A DNA stretch of 64,000 bases from an uncultured Lachnospiraceae bacterium. Lineage in GTDB: Bacteria; Bacillota; Clostridia; Lachnospirales; Lachnospiraceae. The stretch lies in NCBI GenBank assembly GCA_910585465.1, contig CAJUEW010000004.1, positions 44,001 through 108,000 on the forward strand. Direction: 5' to 3'. Each line of letters opens with the position of its first letter. Positions within the stretch are counted from its first letter, which is position 1. A program made the position numbers and the translations under genes. This document shows positions 39,754 to 50,176 of the stretch, piece by piece. The notes beneath the pieces were generated by a model. The model ran no database searches and was not told the origin of the DNA. It saw nothing but the letters and a program-made list of their open reading frames with translations.

Positions 39754-40758
39754 ATGAATACACCGACTATAAAAGATGTGGCGAAAGCCGCGGGAGTCTC
39801 TGTTGCAACCATATCCAGAGTACTCAGCAACCCGGATGTTGTCAGACCTTCCACAAGGGAACATGTACTCCAGGTAATCAAAGAAATGAATTACCAGCCA
39901 AATGTACTTGCGCGCCAGCTCCGGATTCAGGAAACGAGAACAATCATTGTGATTGTTCCCACGATAGAAAACTCTTTTCTCCGGGGAATCATAGCCGGAA
40001 TCGGAGAAGAAGCCGAACAGCAGGGATACCAGATGCTGATCGCTGATCTTCAGAGCCAGCCTTCGCTGGAGAAATATTATTTTGAAGCAGTCCAGCAGCA
40101 TCAAATAGATGGAATCATTTCTCTGTCCGCCAATATGACCCAGAAACTGGTACAGCAGATCGCCGAAAAATATCCTCTGGTCATGGCAGCCCAATGCATT
40201 TCTGATTATACGATTCCAAGCGTATCTATTGACAATGTTGCAGCCTCAAAGGCGCTTATGACTCATCTTATTCGTCTGGGTCACCGTAATATCGCACATA
40301 TTACAGTATCCCCCATGCAGCTTCCATACCAGGATCGTCTGAACAGCTATATTTCTGTACTCAAAGAGCACAATATTCCTGTTGATCAGGAGCTGATCAG
40401 CTATGGTAAACCTACAATCACAGGCGGATATGATCAGATGTGGACTCTGCTGGCAAGACAAAAAAAATTCACTGCCGTATTTGCCGCCGGTGATACAATG
40501 GCTATCGGCGCAATGAAGGCGCTGAAAGACCAGGGACTGCGCGTTCCGGAAGACTGTGCAGTGGTCGGTTTTGATGACATTGATCTTTCTGCTTTCTGGG
40601 AACCCGCGCTTACTACGATTCATCAGCCAAAAGAAATGATCGGAAGAATTGCCTTTCAGAAGCTGCTGGCTCTTATACAGAATAACCCCATTACAAACAA
40701 CCAGGAATTTCTTCCCTTTGAGCTGATTATCCGGGAAAGCTGCGGCTATTTTTTATAG
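39754..40758 (+). CDS. LacI family transcriptional regulator
   Basis: TIKDVAKAAGVSVATISRVL HTH; YQPN..AR; VVGFDDI; LTTIHQP. Confidence 0.96.
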   Translation: MNTPTIKDVAKAAGVSVATISRVLSNPDVVRPSTREHVLQVIKEMNYQPNVLARQLRIQETRTIIVIVPTIENSFLRGIIAGIGEEAEQQGYQMLIADLQSQPSLEKYYFEAVQQHQIDGIISLSANMTQKLVQQIAEKYPLVMAAQCISDYTIPSVSIDNVAASKALMTHLIRLGHRNIAHITVSPMQLPYQDRLNSYISVLKEHNIPVDQELISYGKPTITGGYDQMWTLLARQKKFTAVFAAGDTMAIGAMKALKDQGLRVPEDCAVVGFDDIDLSAFWEPALTTIHQPKEMIGRIAFQKLLALIQNNPITNNQEFLPFELIIRESCGYFL

Positions 40759-40805
40759 CCGCAGTATATTATACTTTGAACATCATTCTCCTGAAATAAT
40801 GGAAT

Positions 40806-40843
40806 AAAAACCCCCGGGAGCCGCTAAACTCCTGGGGGTTTTT
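40806..40843. terminator. Bidirectional rho-independent terminator
   Basis: aaaaacccccgggag-loop-ctcctgggggttttt. Confidence 0.85.
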
Positions 40844-40913
40844 CTGTCTCAAAAATCCCTATTCAGTTCTTTACCTTTCATTTCCCATTACTTACAAAAG
40901 CGCGATTTTAAGG

Positions 40914-41939
40914 CTAATATATCAACATAGCATCCCCGAAGCTGAAAAACCGGTACTGTTCTTTCACGGCATCTTCATAGGCTGCCATAATCCTGTCCCG
41001 CCCTGCCAGCGCGGACACCAGCATCAGCAGCGTAGACTCCGGAAGGTGAAAATTTGTAATCAGACAGTCAATAAGCTTAAATTTATAGCCCGGATAAATA
41101 AATATATCTGTCCATCCGCTTCCGGCTCTTAAAATACCGTTCTCTTTTGTGGCTGACTCCAGAGTCCGGCAGCTGGTTGTTCCAACAGCAATAATCCGTC
41201 CTCCATTCGCTTTTGTCTCATTAATAAGCTTTGCCTGCTCCTCCTCCACCACATAGAATTCAGAATGCATATGATGCTCCCGGATATTCTCTGCCTTAAC
41301 CGGACGGAAGGTTCCAAGGCCCACATGCAGCGTCACATGTGCAAGCTTTACTCCCCTGCTCTGAATCTCCTTCAGAAGCTCCGGAGTAAAATGAAGTCCT
41401 GCAGTCGGAGCGGCGGCGGAACCGGCGTTCTTTGCGTAAACCGTCTGATAACGGTTTTTATCCTTAAGCTGATGGGTAATATACGGAGGAAGAGGCATTT
41501 GTCCAAGCTGGTCTAAAAGCTCCTCAAAAATCCCTTCATAAGTAAATTGAACGATCCGGTTGCCCTCCTCCGCCACATCCATAACTTCGCCTGTTAAAAG
41601 GCCGTTTCCGAAACTGATTTTTGTACCTGGCTTTGCCTTTTTACCAGGCTTAACCAGCGTCTCCCATACCTTCTCCTCTTTCCTCTTCAGAAGTAAGATC
41701 TCAATCTTTGCGTCTGTTCCTATTTTGCTTCCTATCAGGCGGGCCGGAATCACCTTTGTGTCATTCACCACCAGACAGTCACCCGGATTCAGATAATTGA
41801 TAATTTCCTTAAAAATATGATGCTCTGTTTTTCCTGTTTCTTTATCCAGTAAAAGGAGCCTGGAGCCGGAACGATCCTCCAGCGGATCCTGGGCAATCAG
41901 CTCCCGGGGAAGTTCATAATAAAAGTCATGCAAATTCAT
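40914..41939 (-). CDS. queA: S-adenosylmethionine:tRNA ribosyltransferase-isomerase
   Basis: [37 protein letters not shown]. Confidence 0.97.
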   Translation of the reverse strand: MNLHDFYYELPRELIAQDPLEDRSGSRLLLLDKETGKTEHHIFKEIINYLNPGDCLVVNDTKVIPARLIGSKIGTDAKIEILLLKRKEEKVWETLVKPGKKAKPGTKISFGNGLLTGEVMDVAEEGNRIVQFTYEGIFEELLDQLGQMPLPPYITHQLKDKNRYQTVYAKNAGSAAAPTAGLHFTPELLKEIQSRGVKLAHVTLHVGLGTFRPVKAENIREHHMHSEFYVVEEEQAKLINETKANGGRIIAVGTTSCRTLESATKENGILRAGSGWTDIFIYPGYKFKLIDCLITNFHLPESTLLMLVSALAGRDRIMAAYEDAVKEQYRFFSFGDAMLIY

Positions 41940-41993
41940 AGTCTCTACCTCTATTCTTTGTCTGCCTGTTCTTATCAGTAAATCAATGTCTGA

Positions 41994-43676
41994 TTACTCA
42001 GTCCGAATTCCAAAACTTTTTTCCAGCTCTGCTTTCATGATTTCAGGACGCTTCCGTACAAACTCATAAAGCACTTCAATGTTCTGCTCCACATCTTCCA
42101 TACCCATCATATACGTCTCATCCACGCTCTGTTTATAGGCAAAGCTTTCGGCAAGCTCTGCATCCCGCTCCGAACATAGCTGTTCCACCGCGGTGCGGAC
42201 TTTGTCCTCAGTAAAATATTCCTCCATACAAAGCTTCATATAATAAGCAAATCTTTCCCGGCAGTCCTGACGTTTCATAACCGCAGCAAACAGGGGGCTT
42301 TCATCCATAACCGTACCGATGGAAATCCATTCCTCCTCCGGCTCATTGAAAATATTAAATCCTGCTTCCATATCGTAATACAGATAGCGCCATCTCCCGT
42401 CCTGCCTGCCCTCGCCATAGCTTCTGCTGGAGCTGTAATAACGGTAAAGCTTTACATTGTTTAACGGCCAGTCCCAGTTTCCGATATAAGTCTCAATAGC
42501 AAAATACTGAAGCATATTTTCAATGTCTATCAATTCAGAAAATTGAGCAAATATCTCATCCTTCGTCAAATCCAGTTCTGCATATGTAGCCAGTTTTTCA
42601 TAATCCTCATATGCCCGAAGCTCTTCCCCGTCTGCATCTTCATCTTTACGGATTTTATTATTTCTCAGCTTTACATTTTGATAGGAATCCCCTTCCTGCT
42701 TCAGACCATAATTTTCCTCCATATACCGGTCATCATAGACCTCCTGCAGCCACTCAAAGTTATAGTATGCTCCGTTCAGCCATACGGACGCAGGAGCTAC
42801 GGACTTCGTGTCAATTCCTTCTATCCCGCTTAAAAGTCTCTGAAATAATTCCTCCCGGAACAAAGTCACACTTTTATCAAAGCCATGAGCGCGCACAACC
42901 AGGCGTTCATAAGAATCTTGCACATAATCTCCCCCTACTGGAAAATTATCTGCAAAAAGCGGATATTCAAAGGTATCTGCCCCGTATTCCTCTCTGGCAT
43001 ACAGTTTAAAGGATTTATAATAATACTGCCTGCTGGCATGACCGAAGATGCGCATTCCTGCATTCTGGGATATCAGCCGTTCCCCATCCGGAGATAATAT
43101 CTCCACATAGGCTTCTCTCTCCCATTCCCGTCCCTCCTGGGTAAAATTAGCAGGCTGGGTCAGCTTATCCGATACATATTCCTCACTGTTCACATATTCA
43201 TCCCGGATTTTTCCTTCTACCATAATTCCGTGCTCATAGTCATAAAGATTATAAGGAGAGCTGGTCACACAGACAATATAGGTGCTGAACCGATCCAGAA
43301 TCGTCTGCATATCCCGGGCATAGAAATAAGTGCGGGTAAACAAATCTCCCCACACTTCTGCAGCTTCATCATAAGTACGCGCCCGAATTACGCAGCTTTG
43401 CACCTGTTCTGATGCATGCATCACAACCGGAGCCTCATAAAACAGACTCCCCAGCGTCGGAATGCTTCCATCTAAAGTATAATAAATCGGAAATTCTCCT
43501 TCACTGGAAAGCTCCAGAACCAGATCCCCTTCACAAAAGGAGGCATCCTGGGAAGGAATAATATCATCTGCCCGTTCCATAAGCTCCGCTTTCTTCGGAC
43601 TCTGTACTGCTACTGCCAAAAGAATCAGGGATGCCGCCAATATCAGCAGCACCCTGACAGACTTTTTCGCAGCCAT
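41994..43676 (-). CDS. CotH-family kinase with N-terminal anchor and Fn3-associated domain
   Basis: Hydrophobic N-terminus; IYYTLDGS.P; RIFG..SR...KSFKLYAR; N.DWP.NN; WRYLYYD.E. Confidence 0.85.
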   Translation of the reverse strand: MAAKKSVRVLLILAASLILLAVAVQSPKKAELMERADDIIPSQDASFCEGDLVLELSSEGEFPIYYTLDGSIPTLGSLFYEAPVVMHASEQVQSCVIRARTYDEAAEVWGDLFTRTYFYARDMQTILDRFSTYIVCVTSSPYNLYDYEHGIMVEGKIRDEYVNSEEYVSDKLTQPANFTQEGREWEREAYVEILSPDGERLISQNAGMRIFGHASRQYYYKSFKLYAREEYGADTFEYPLFADNFPVGGDYVQDSYERLVVRAHGFDKSVTLFREELFQRLLSGIEGIDTKSVAPASVWLNGAYYNFEWLQEVYDDRYMEENYGLKQEGDSYQNVKLRNNKIRKDEDADGEELRAYEDYEKLATYAELDLTKDEIFAQFSELIDIENMLQYFAIETYIGNWDWPLNNVKLYRYYSSSRSYGEGRQDGRWRYLYYDMEAGFNIFNEPEEEWISIGTVMDESPLFAAVMKRQDCRERFAYYMKLCMEEYFTEDKVRTAVEQLCSERDAELAESFAYKQSVDETYMMGMEDVEQNIEVLYEFVRKRPEIMKAELEKSFGIRTE

Positions 43677-46096
43677 TACTGTCTTAGCTCCGCTCCAAGA
43701 GACTGAAGACCGTTCAGAATCTTCTTCATGGCAGCCGTAACCTCTGCTTCCTCCAGTGTCTTATCCTTTGCCCGGAATACGATAGAATAAGCCACTGATT
43801 TACAGCCCTCCTTTATCTGGGAGCCTTCATAGACATCGAACAGTTCATAGCTCTCCAGAATTTTACCTCCGCGCACAGAGAGCACCTCTTCAATCTGACC
43901 CACCAGAACATCTTTAGGGACCACCATGGAGATATCTCTTGTCACGGCAGGGAATTTTGCGATTCCCTCATATTTGCGGTCAAAGGTTGCTTTTTCCACA
44001 ATGGACGGCATATCCAGAACAGCCACATAAGTACGTTCGCCGATGCCATAAGCCGACGCAGCAGCCGGATGAACCTCGCCCATATATCCAATCTGTGTGC
44101 CGTCATATATGATGGCCGCCTGACGTCCCGGGTGCAGAAACGGCTTTCCGCATTTTGGATCATAGGTTTCCTTTTTATGCATGCCGATCCTGTCCAGAAA
44201 TTCCTCCACAACCCCCTTCATGGTAAAGAAATCTCCGTCGCCATACATTCCAAGCGTGAACTGCATACGCTCGTCCGGAAGCTCGGTAAGGGGCAGACTC
44301 TTTGGCAGATAAATATTTCCCAGCTCATAAAGACGGACATTTTTATTTCTGCGGTTATAGTTTGTTGCCAGGGAGGTCAGCATACCGTTCAGGGAAATAG
44401 TTCTCATAATGGAAAAATCCTCCCCCAGCGGATTCGATATCACAATCGCGTTTCTCTCCGCAGCATCCGCCGGAAGCATTAATTTGTCAAATACCTTCGG
44501 ACTTTCAAAGCTGTAGGTCATGCCCTGGGAAAATCCGCAGAACTCTGCAATATCTCTTGCTACAGATTCCACCCTGAGATAAAACGGAAGCTTTCCTGTT
44601 GTTGCCTCTCCCCTTGGAAGTGTAGTGGGAATATTATCATATCCGAAGAAACGGGCCACCTCTTCTGCAATATCTGCCGTGCGCAGCAAATCCTGGCGGA
44701 AGGAGGGCACAATAATCTCATTGGCCGCACTGTCATATTCCAGCTCTATAGGCCGGAAATAAGCCAGCATCTGTTCTTCACTTAAATCAGTGCCAAGCAG
44801 TGCGTTGATACGGGCCGGCTCGAAGGGTATACGTACAGGCTCTCTTTTCTCTGCATAGACATCCACCATACCGTCTACCACTTCACCTGCTCCCAGCTCC
44901 TCAATTAACTGACAGGCACGGTGAATGGCAGCCTCTGCATTGTTCGGATCCAGACCTTTCTCAAATTTACCGGAAGCCTCTGTGCGAAGACCAACTTTTT
45001 TGCTGGACAGCCGAATATTCGTTCCGTCAAAACAGGCCGCCTCAAACAGCATTGTATGCACATCATCAGTAATCATGGAATTCTCCCCTCCCATGATACC
45101 GGCGATACCAACTGCCTTCTTACCGTCACAAATCATCAGAACCGTATCGTCCATCGTACGCTCCTGGCCATCCAGAGTTACGAATTTCTCGTCCTTCTCT
45201 GCACGGCGGACTACAATCTGACTGCCCGAAATTGTATCCAGATCGTACGCATGCATTGGCTGGCCATATTCCTCCATTACATAATTGGTGATATCCACCA
45301 CATTATTAATAGGACGGATACCCACAGATGCCAGTCTTCTCTGCATCCACTGCGGCGACGGAGCCAGCTTAATATTTTTTACAACCTTTGCACAATAACG
45401 GGGACACAGCTTTGGATCCTGCACCTCTACCTTGATATAATGATTCACATCCTCCTTATTTCCCTTTACCTCCACAGCCGGAGCCTTAAACTCTTTATGG
45501 AAGGTAGCTGCAGCCTCCCTCGCAAGTCCAAGTATACTGTAGCAGTCCACACGGTTAGATGTGATCTCAAATTCAAATACCACATCATGAAGCCCCAGCG
45601 CTTCCACCGCGTCCGCACCCACTGCCGCATCCTCCGGAAAAATATAGATTCCGCACTCCGGAGCCTCCGGGTACATATCACGGCTGGAACCCAGCTCCTC
45701 AATGGAACACATCATGCCGTTGGATTCGATGCCCCGCAGCTTCCCCTTCTTAATCCGGATTCCGCCCGGAGTCATCTTTCCGTCATGTCCTCCCGCCACG
45801 CGTCCTCCGTCTAAGACGACCGGTACCTTGTCTCCTTCCTTCACATTGGGAGCCCCGGTTACAATCTGAACGGGCGCTTCCTCTCCGATATTCACCTGGC
45901 AGATAATCAGCTTATCCGCATCCGGGTGGCGCTCAATCTTCTCAATCTGGCCGATTACAATATGCTCCAGATCAGCATCCGTTTTTTTAAAACCTTCTAC
46001 TTTGGAACCGGATAAAGTCATAGCATCCGCAAACTCCTGTGCAGTCACATCAAGCTCCGGTACATATGCCTTGATCCATGATAACGATGTATTCAT
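43676..46096 (-). CDS. pheT: Phenylalanyl-tRNA synthetase beta subunit
   Basis: HPDADKL, B3/4 domain (INNVVDITNYVM), C-terminal FDX-ACB domain (FPAVTRD). Confidence 0.97.
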   Translation of the reverse strand: MNTSLSWIKAYVPELDVTAQEFADAMTLSGSKVEGFKKTDADLEHIVIGQIEKIERHPDADKLIICQVNIGEEAPVQIVTGAPNVKEGDKVPVVLDGGRVAGGHDGKMTPGGIRIKKGKLRGIESNGMMCSIEELGSSRDMYPEAPECGIYIFPEDAAVGADAVEALGLHDVVFEFEITSNRVDCYSILGLAREAAATFHKEFKAPAVEVKGNKEDVNHYIKVEVQDPKLCPRYCAKVVKNIKLAPSPQWMQRRLASVGIRPINNVVDITNYVMEEYGQPMHAYDLDTISGSQIVVRRAEKDEKFVTLDGQERTMDDTVLMICDGKKAVGIAGIMGGENSMITDDVHTMLFEAACFDGTNIRLSSKKVGLRTEASGKFEKGLDPNNAEAAIHRACQLIEELGAGEVVDGMVDVYAEKREPVRIPFEPARINALLGTDLSEEQMLAYFRPIELEYDSAANEIIVPSFRQDLLRTADIAEEVARFFGYDNIPTTLPRGEATTGKLPFYLRVESVARDIAEFCGFSQGMTYSFESPKVFDKLMLPADAAERNAIVISNPLGEDFSIMRTISLNGMLTSLATNYNRRNKNVRLYELGNIYLPKSLPLTELPDERMQFTLGMYGDGDFFTMKGVVEEFLDRIGMHKKETYDPKCGKPFLHPGRQAAIIYDGTQIGYMGEVHPAAASAYGIGERTYVAVLDMPSIVEKATFDRKYEGIAKFPAVTRDISMVVPKDVLVGQIEEVLSVRGGKILESYELFDVYEGSQIKEGCKSVAYSIVFRAKDKTLEEAEVTAAMKKILNGLQSLGAELRQ

Positions 46097-46144
46097 ATTC
46101 TTCTACCTCTCATTCTTCTTTCACTGCGCATATGGAAACAGATA

Positions 46145-47167
46145 TTAAAACTGACGCAGAAATCTTATGTCATTTTCATATAAGAGTCTCATATCATCAA
46201 TCTCATATTTCAGCAATGCAATGCGCTCCAGTCCCACACCGAATGCAAATCCGGTATACTCATCCGGATCAATACCGCACATTTCCAGTACATGAGGATG
46301 AACCATCCCGCAGCCAAGAATCTCAATCCAGCCTGAACCTTTACAGAAACGGCAGCCTTTGCCGCCGCACTTGAAGCAGGACACATCCACCTCTGCGCTG
46401 GGCTCCGTAAACGGGAAATGGTGCGGACGGAATTTAGTCTTTGTCTCCTCCCCAAACAGCTCCTTTGCAAACTCCTCCAAAGTTCCTTTCAGATCCGCAA
46501 ATGTAATATTTTTGTCAATGACCAGTCCCTCAATCTGGTGAAATGAAGGGGAATGCGTTGCATCCACCTCGTCAGAGCGGAATACGCGCCCCGGAGAGAT
46601 CATTCGAATAGGCAGCCTGCCCTTTTCCATCGTACGCGCCTGCACCGGAGACGTCTGGGTACGCAGTACGATCTCCTTATTAATATAGAATGTATCCTGT
46701 TCATCCTTTGCCGGGTGATTGGCGGGAATATTCAGCTTCTCAAAATTATAAAGATCGTACTCCACCTCCGGACCCTCGATCACTTCATAGCCCATACCGA
46801 TAAAAATCCGCTCCACCTCTTCCAGCGCGATTGTATTCGGATGGCGATGTCCCACACAGTTTTTTTTCGCCGGAAGGGTTACATCAATAACCTCACTCTT
46901 TAATTTCATTTCCAGAAGCATATGCTCCATGCTCTTCTTCGCTTCGTCCATAACCCGCTCAATCTCTGCTCTTGTATCATTCACAAGCTGTCCAAAGGCC
47001 GGACGATCCTCCGGAGCCACTTCCTTCATGCTTTTTAATAGGGCAGTCAGTTCTCCCTTTTTTCCAAGTACGGACACTCTCACATCGTTCAAGGCTTCCG
47101 GATTCGCGGATTCCCTGATCTTTGCAATTGCCTCTTCTTTAATTTTCTGCAATCTCTCTTTCATCAT
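46145..47167 (-). CDS. pheS: Phenylalanyl-tRNA synthetase alpha subunit
   Basis: LRTQTSPVQ, FHQIEGL, FPFTEPS, GFAFGVGLER. The start is MMKER after an AAAGGAG RBS; the ORF-track extension runs into the T-box. Confidence 0.97.
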   Translation of the reverse strand: MMKERLQKIKEEAIAKIRESANPEALNDVRVSVLGKKGELTALLKSMKEVAPEDRPAFGQLVNDTRAEIERVMDEAKKSMEHMLLEMKLKSEVIDVTLPAKKNCVGHRHPNTIALEEVERIFIGMGYEVIEGPEVEYDLYNFEKLNIPANHPAKDEQDTFYINKEIVLRTQTSPVQARTMEKGRLPIRMISPGRVFRSDEVDATHSPSFHQIEGLVIDKNITFADLKGTLEEFAKELFGEETKTKFRPHHFPFTEPSAEVDVSCFKCGGKGCRFCKGSGWIEILGCGMVHPHVLEMCGIDPDEYTGFAFGVGLERIALLKYEIDDMRLLYENDIRFLRQF

Positions 47168-47217
47168 TAAACTCCTTTCAGCTTCTTCCCAGCATCCCCG
47201 CCCGGCCTCCTGTCCAC

Positions 47218-47462
47218 ATAAAAAAGCTCCGCCCCCAACAGGGACGAAGCTATAATCCGTGGTACCACCCTCATTCCCGGTATCCTTACCGGGCACTCAT
47301 ACTGCGTAACGTGCAGGCTACGTCATTCCCTACTCTATGTTCAGGAACGCTGCTCCGGCGGGAAATTCACAGCTCTGTCTGAACCTGGACGGGCTTACAG
47401 CCGACGGCCCCTCCTCTCTGTTGGAAAACAGACGGTTACTAACGCCTTCCTTGCATTTCATA
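47218..47462 (-). promoter_or_regulatory. T-box riboswitch (Phe) upstream of pheST
   Basis: T-box GAGGGTGGTACCACGG (47257-47272); terminator agcttcgtccc..gggcggagcttttt; specifier loop GAA-T-TTC. A TTGACT..TATAGT promoter lies at 47474-47501. Confidence 0.9.
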
Positions 47463-47533
47463 TATCAATGTTTACTATAACACAAACATTTTTAAAGTCA
47501 AGTTATTTTCTCTATCTTTTCATCTTTCCCCTG

Positions 47534-48379
47534 TCAGCAATCATCCCCTTTCATCTCCTCCAGCCATTGATTAATTTCCATTCCAATCAGTACAATATAC
47601 ATTACCGCATACAGCCAGAACATTAAAAGCACGATTGTGGTCAGACTGCCGTACATATTGAAAGCATGGCTGTATTCAATGTAAATAGAAAAGCCAAAGG
47701 AAAACAGATACCATACGCCGGCTGTAAAGACGGCTCCCGGAAGCTGTTCGGAAAAACCTGACTTCCGGTTCGGAAGCACCATATAAAGCAATGCGAAAAA
47801 AAGAATGAACAACGCCAGCATCAGCACCATACGAAAGGACAGAATAATTCTGGTAAATATGGCAATAAACGGAAAATATTTTGCAAACAGCTCATGAATG
47901 GAGGTGCCAAACACTACCAATAATAAGGTCGCCACAATCAGAATCACAAACAACAGCGCAAAAACAGCTCCCCTAAGACGCATCAAAATATAGTTCGGGC
48001 TTTTTTCTACCTTGCAGATGGAGTTCATCCCTCTGTTTAATGCCATAAAGCTTTTCCCTGCGGACCATGCTGTCACAATCGCAGAAATAGAAACCGTAGC
48101 AAGGGTACGACTGTACATTTCATCAATAATCCCCAAAAGCCAGCTCTGAAAACCAACTGGCACAAAATCCCGGATCAGACTGTATAAGTCTCCTTTTCCG
48201 ATACCGGTGAACTGTATGAGGGATAAAAGCATAATGATCAAAGGAAGAAAAGAAAGTATAATAAAATAAGAGGATTGAGCCGCATATGCTCCTACGTGGC
48301 ATTTTTCCATATCCTTTTTCATGTCCCATGCTGCTGCAATCCAACGAATCATGCTTCCCGTCCATCCTTTTTCTTTCAT
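47534..48379 (-). CDS. YihY/BrkB family membrane protein
   Basis: YAAQSSYF.ILSF.P; WSA......L; LPGA; YGSL..IVLLM.WLY..IG.EIN. Confidence 0.9.
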   Translation of the reverse strand: MKEKGWTGSMIRWIAAAWDMKKDMEKCHVGAYAAQSSYFIILSFLPLIIMLLSLIQFTGIGKGDLYSLIRDFVPVGFQSWLLGIIDEMYSRTLATVSISAIVTAWSAGKSFMALNRGMNSICKVEKSPNYILMRLRGAVFALLFVILIVATLLLVVFGTSIHELFAKYFPFIAIFTRIILSFRMVLMLALFILFFALLYMVLPNRKSGFSEQLPGAVFTAGVWYLFSFGFSIYIEYSHAFNMYGSLTTIVLLMFWLYAVMYIVLIGMEINQWLEEMKGDDC

Positions 48380-48400
48380 TAAAGTAATATCATAACCTTT

Positions 48401-49714
48401 TTATTCCAATCTGGCAAGACGGATTCCCTTGTAAAAATACTTCAGTATCTCATCATACCCATATCCCTGTTCAGCCAGAATCCGTGCTCCATTCTGACTC
48501 ATTCCGGCCCCATGTCCCAGTCCTCCTCCATACACCTGATACCCGTCAAGCTTTCCGTCCTCTTCTACCGGCTCCAGAACAAAATATCCGCTGGACAGTA
48601 AATTTCCGCCTTCACTCTCATTTCCGTCATTTTTCTGAATCATTTCTCCCGGAATGCCGAGCATCAGACGAATATTATATTCATACTTTATTTTTAAAGT
48701 CCCTTCTTTTCCCGTAATCATCATTTCCTGCACCGCGCCTCCGGTATTTCTCTCTGTAATCTCTGCCTTCTGAACCTCTCCTATCGTATCTACATCCGGC
48801 CACACATAATTTTCCCCGTCCTTTAATAAAACACCGTCTCCGGTCCGTGCAGCCCTGATTTGAATCCACTTCTCTACATTCTTTTGTATCTGCTCAAGGG
48901 AAACATAACAGCTCCACCGATACCAGGGCTCTGCAATTTCCAAATCGCCCGCATGCTTTTTCTTAATAAATTTGGCAAATACCTTCTCATCTGTCAAATC
49001 CCTGACAGTCTCGGATGTTCCTACCCGTCTGCCTGCTATGTACGGAGTTTCATTCCTGTCTCCCTTTTCCCATATATTTTCATCTGTCGTGCTTCCGCAG
49101 GAGGTGGCAAAATAATATGCTTTCACAGGTCCGTCCTCATACAGCATAATCTGCCCTGCGGTATTCTCCACTGCCTGCCTCGTTTCCTCCTGACTCTCCA
49201 CATTGTTGTATACCTGATAAGAAACGCTGTCATTCACATGTGCTTTATATTCCGGATAAGCATACTCCTGCATCTGCCATACGGCATAAGTTCTGGCACA
49301 GACTGCCTGCGCCTTCAGAGCCTCTGCCGCATAGCCTGACGGCATCTCACTGGGCACCACCCGGCACAAATATTCCTCTAGGGGCACCTCATTAATAATC
49401 ACCCATCCCTGATCCTCTTCATAATACTGAAGCTCCCCGGGATATTCCTTATCCAGCTCCTTAGTCTTATGATAAATGCCTCCTCCGTCTCCCAGAAGTA
49501 AAACCCGGATGACCGCATTAGCTCCCGGCAGTTCCCATACCTCATCGGGCACCGGTGTCTCCTCCTCTTTTGGAATCACCAGTTTCTGTGCCTCCTCCGG
49601 AGCCTCCCCTTCAGAATCCGTGTCTGAATTCCGAATCACCAGAACCAGCAGAAAAAACAGCATGCATATCAGCAGCATAGCCTTCTGCTTCAACCGTTTC
49701 TGATACAAATTCAT
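48401..49714 (-). CDS. SpoIID/LytB domain protein
   Basis: LEEYL..VVPSEMP..EALKAQAVCARTY; QVY; GGLGHGAGMSQNGA; ILKYFY.G. Confidence 0.92.
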   Translation of the reverse strand: MNLYQKRLKQKAMLLICMLFFLLVLVIRNSDTDSEGEAPEEAQKLVIPKEEETPVPDEVWELPGANAVIRVLLLGDGGGIYHKTKELDKEYPGELQYYEEDQGWVIINEVPLEEYLCRVVPSEMPSGYAAEALKAQAVCARTYAVWQMQEYAYPEYKAHVNDSVSYQVYNNVESQEETRQAVENTAGQIMLYEDGPVKAYYFATSCGSTTDENIWEKGDRNETPYIAGRRVGTSETVRDLTDEKVFAKFIKKKHAGDLEIAEPWYRWSCYVSLEQIQKNVEKWIQIRAARTGDGVLLKDGENYVWPDVDTIGEVQKAEITERNTGGAVQEMMITGKEGTLKIKYEYNIRLMLGIPGEMIQKNDGNESEGGNLLSSGYFVLEPVEEDGKLDGYQVYGGGLGHGAGMSQNGARILAEQGYGYDEILKYFYKGIRLARLE

Positions 49715-49788
49715 CCCCTCCTCCCAGTCACTTTCTCCCCTGTGTTATGTTCGGAATTACTTTCCTGTACCAGACTTTGTTACCTGCG

Positions 49789-49822
49789 AAAAAAACGGGC
49801 ATTGCATTTTCTGCAATACCCG
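49789..49822 (-). terminator. Terminator after 6S RNA
   Basis: Minus strand cgggtattgcag..tgcaatgcccg followed by a T run. Confidence 0.75.
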
Positions 49823-49832
49823 GTATCCTCTG

Positions 49833-50019
49833 TTTCCCAAAGTGCCGTTCCTGTATTTTGACGCCTAGCCAAAGCTAGGTGGGTAACCTCAACAAACGCT
49901 CAGCCTTCCACTGGCATCCTTTCGGATGGAGGCATGACATCCCGTTTGCGATATTGGAATCCCATGAACGTAAATGTAGGTTCAAAATAGCAGGGTTATC
50001 GAACACCCCAGGAAATTCG
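49833..50019 (-). ncRNA. ssrS: 6S RNA
   Basis: About 187-nt rod with paired ends (tttcctgggtgttcg / cggcactttgggaaa) and central-bubble flanks ttgaacctac and gaggttacccacct..gcgtcaaaa, as in clostridial 6S RNAs. TTGTCA..TATACT promoter upstream, terminator downstream. Confidence 0.85.
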
Positions 50020-50176
50020 TAACTCTAGTATAACCTATTTTCTTAAGTTTGACAACTATAGTGCACAAAAACTTATTCCATTTTTTCAAATTTCTGGAAA
50101 ATCCGACAAATATTTAATTTTTGCTGCCGTATCCTGGCAGTCCGGACATGCCTGCCGTATCCATTTTCCATGCTTC

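Noticed and set aside
47168..47296. N-terminal extension of PheS in the ORF track (likewise for dctP, Gfo/Idh/MocA, the acyltransferase and the 710-aa protein)
   Set aside because: The extensions overlap T-box, terminator or upstream gene sequence, and better RBS-linked starts lie downstream.
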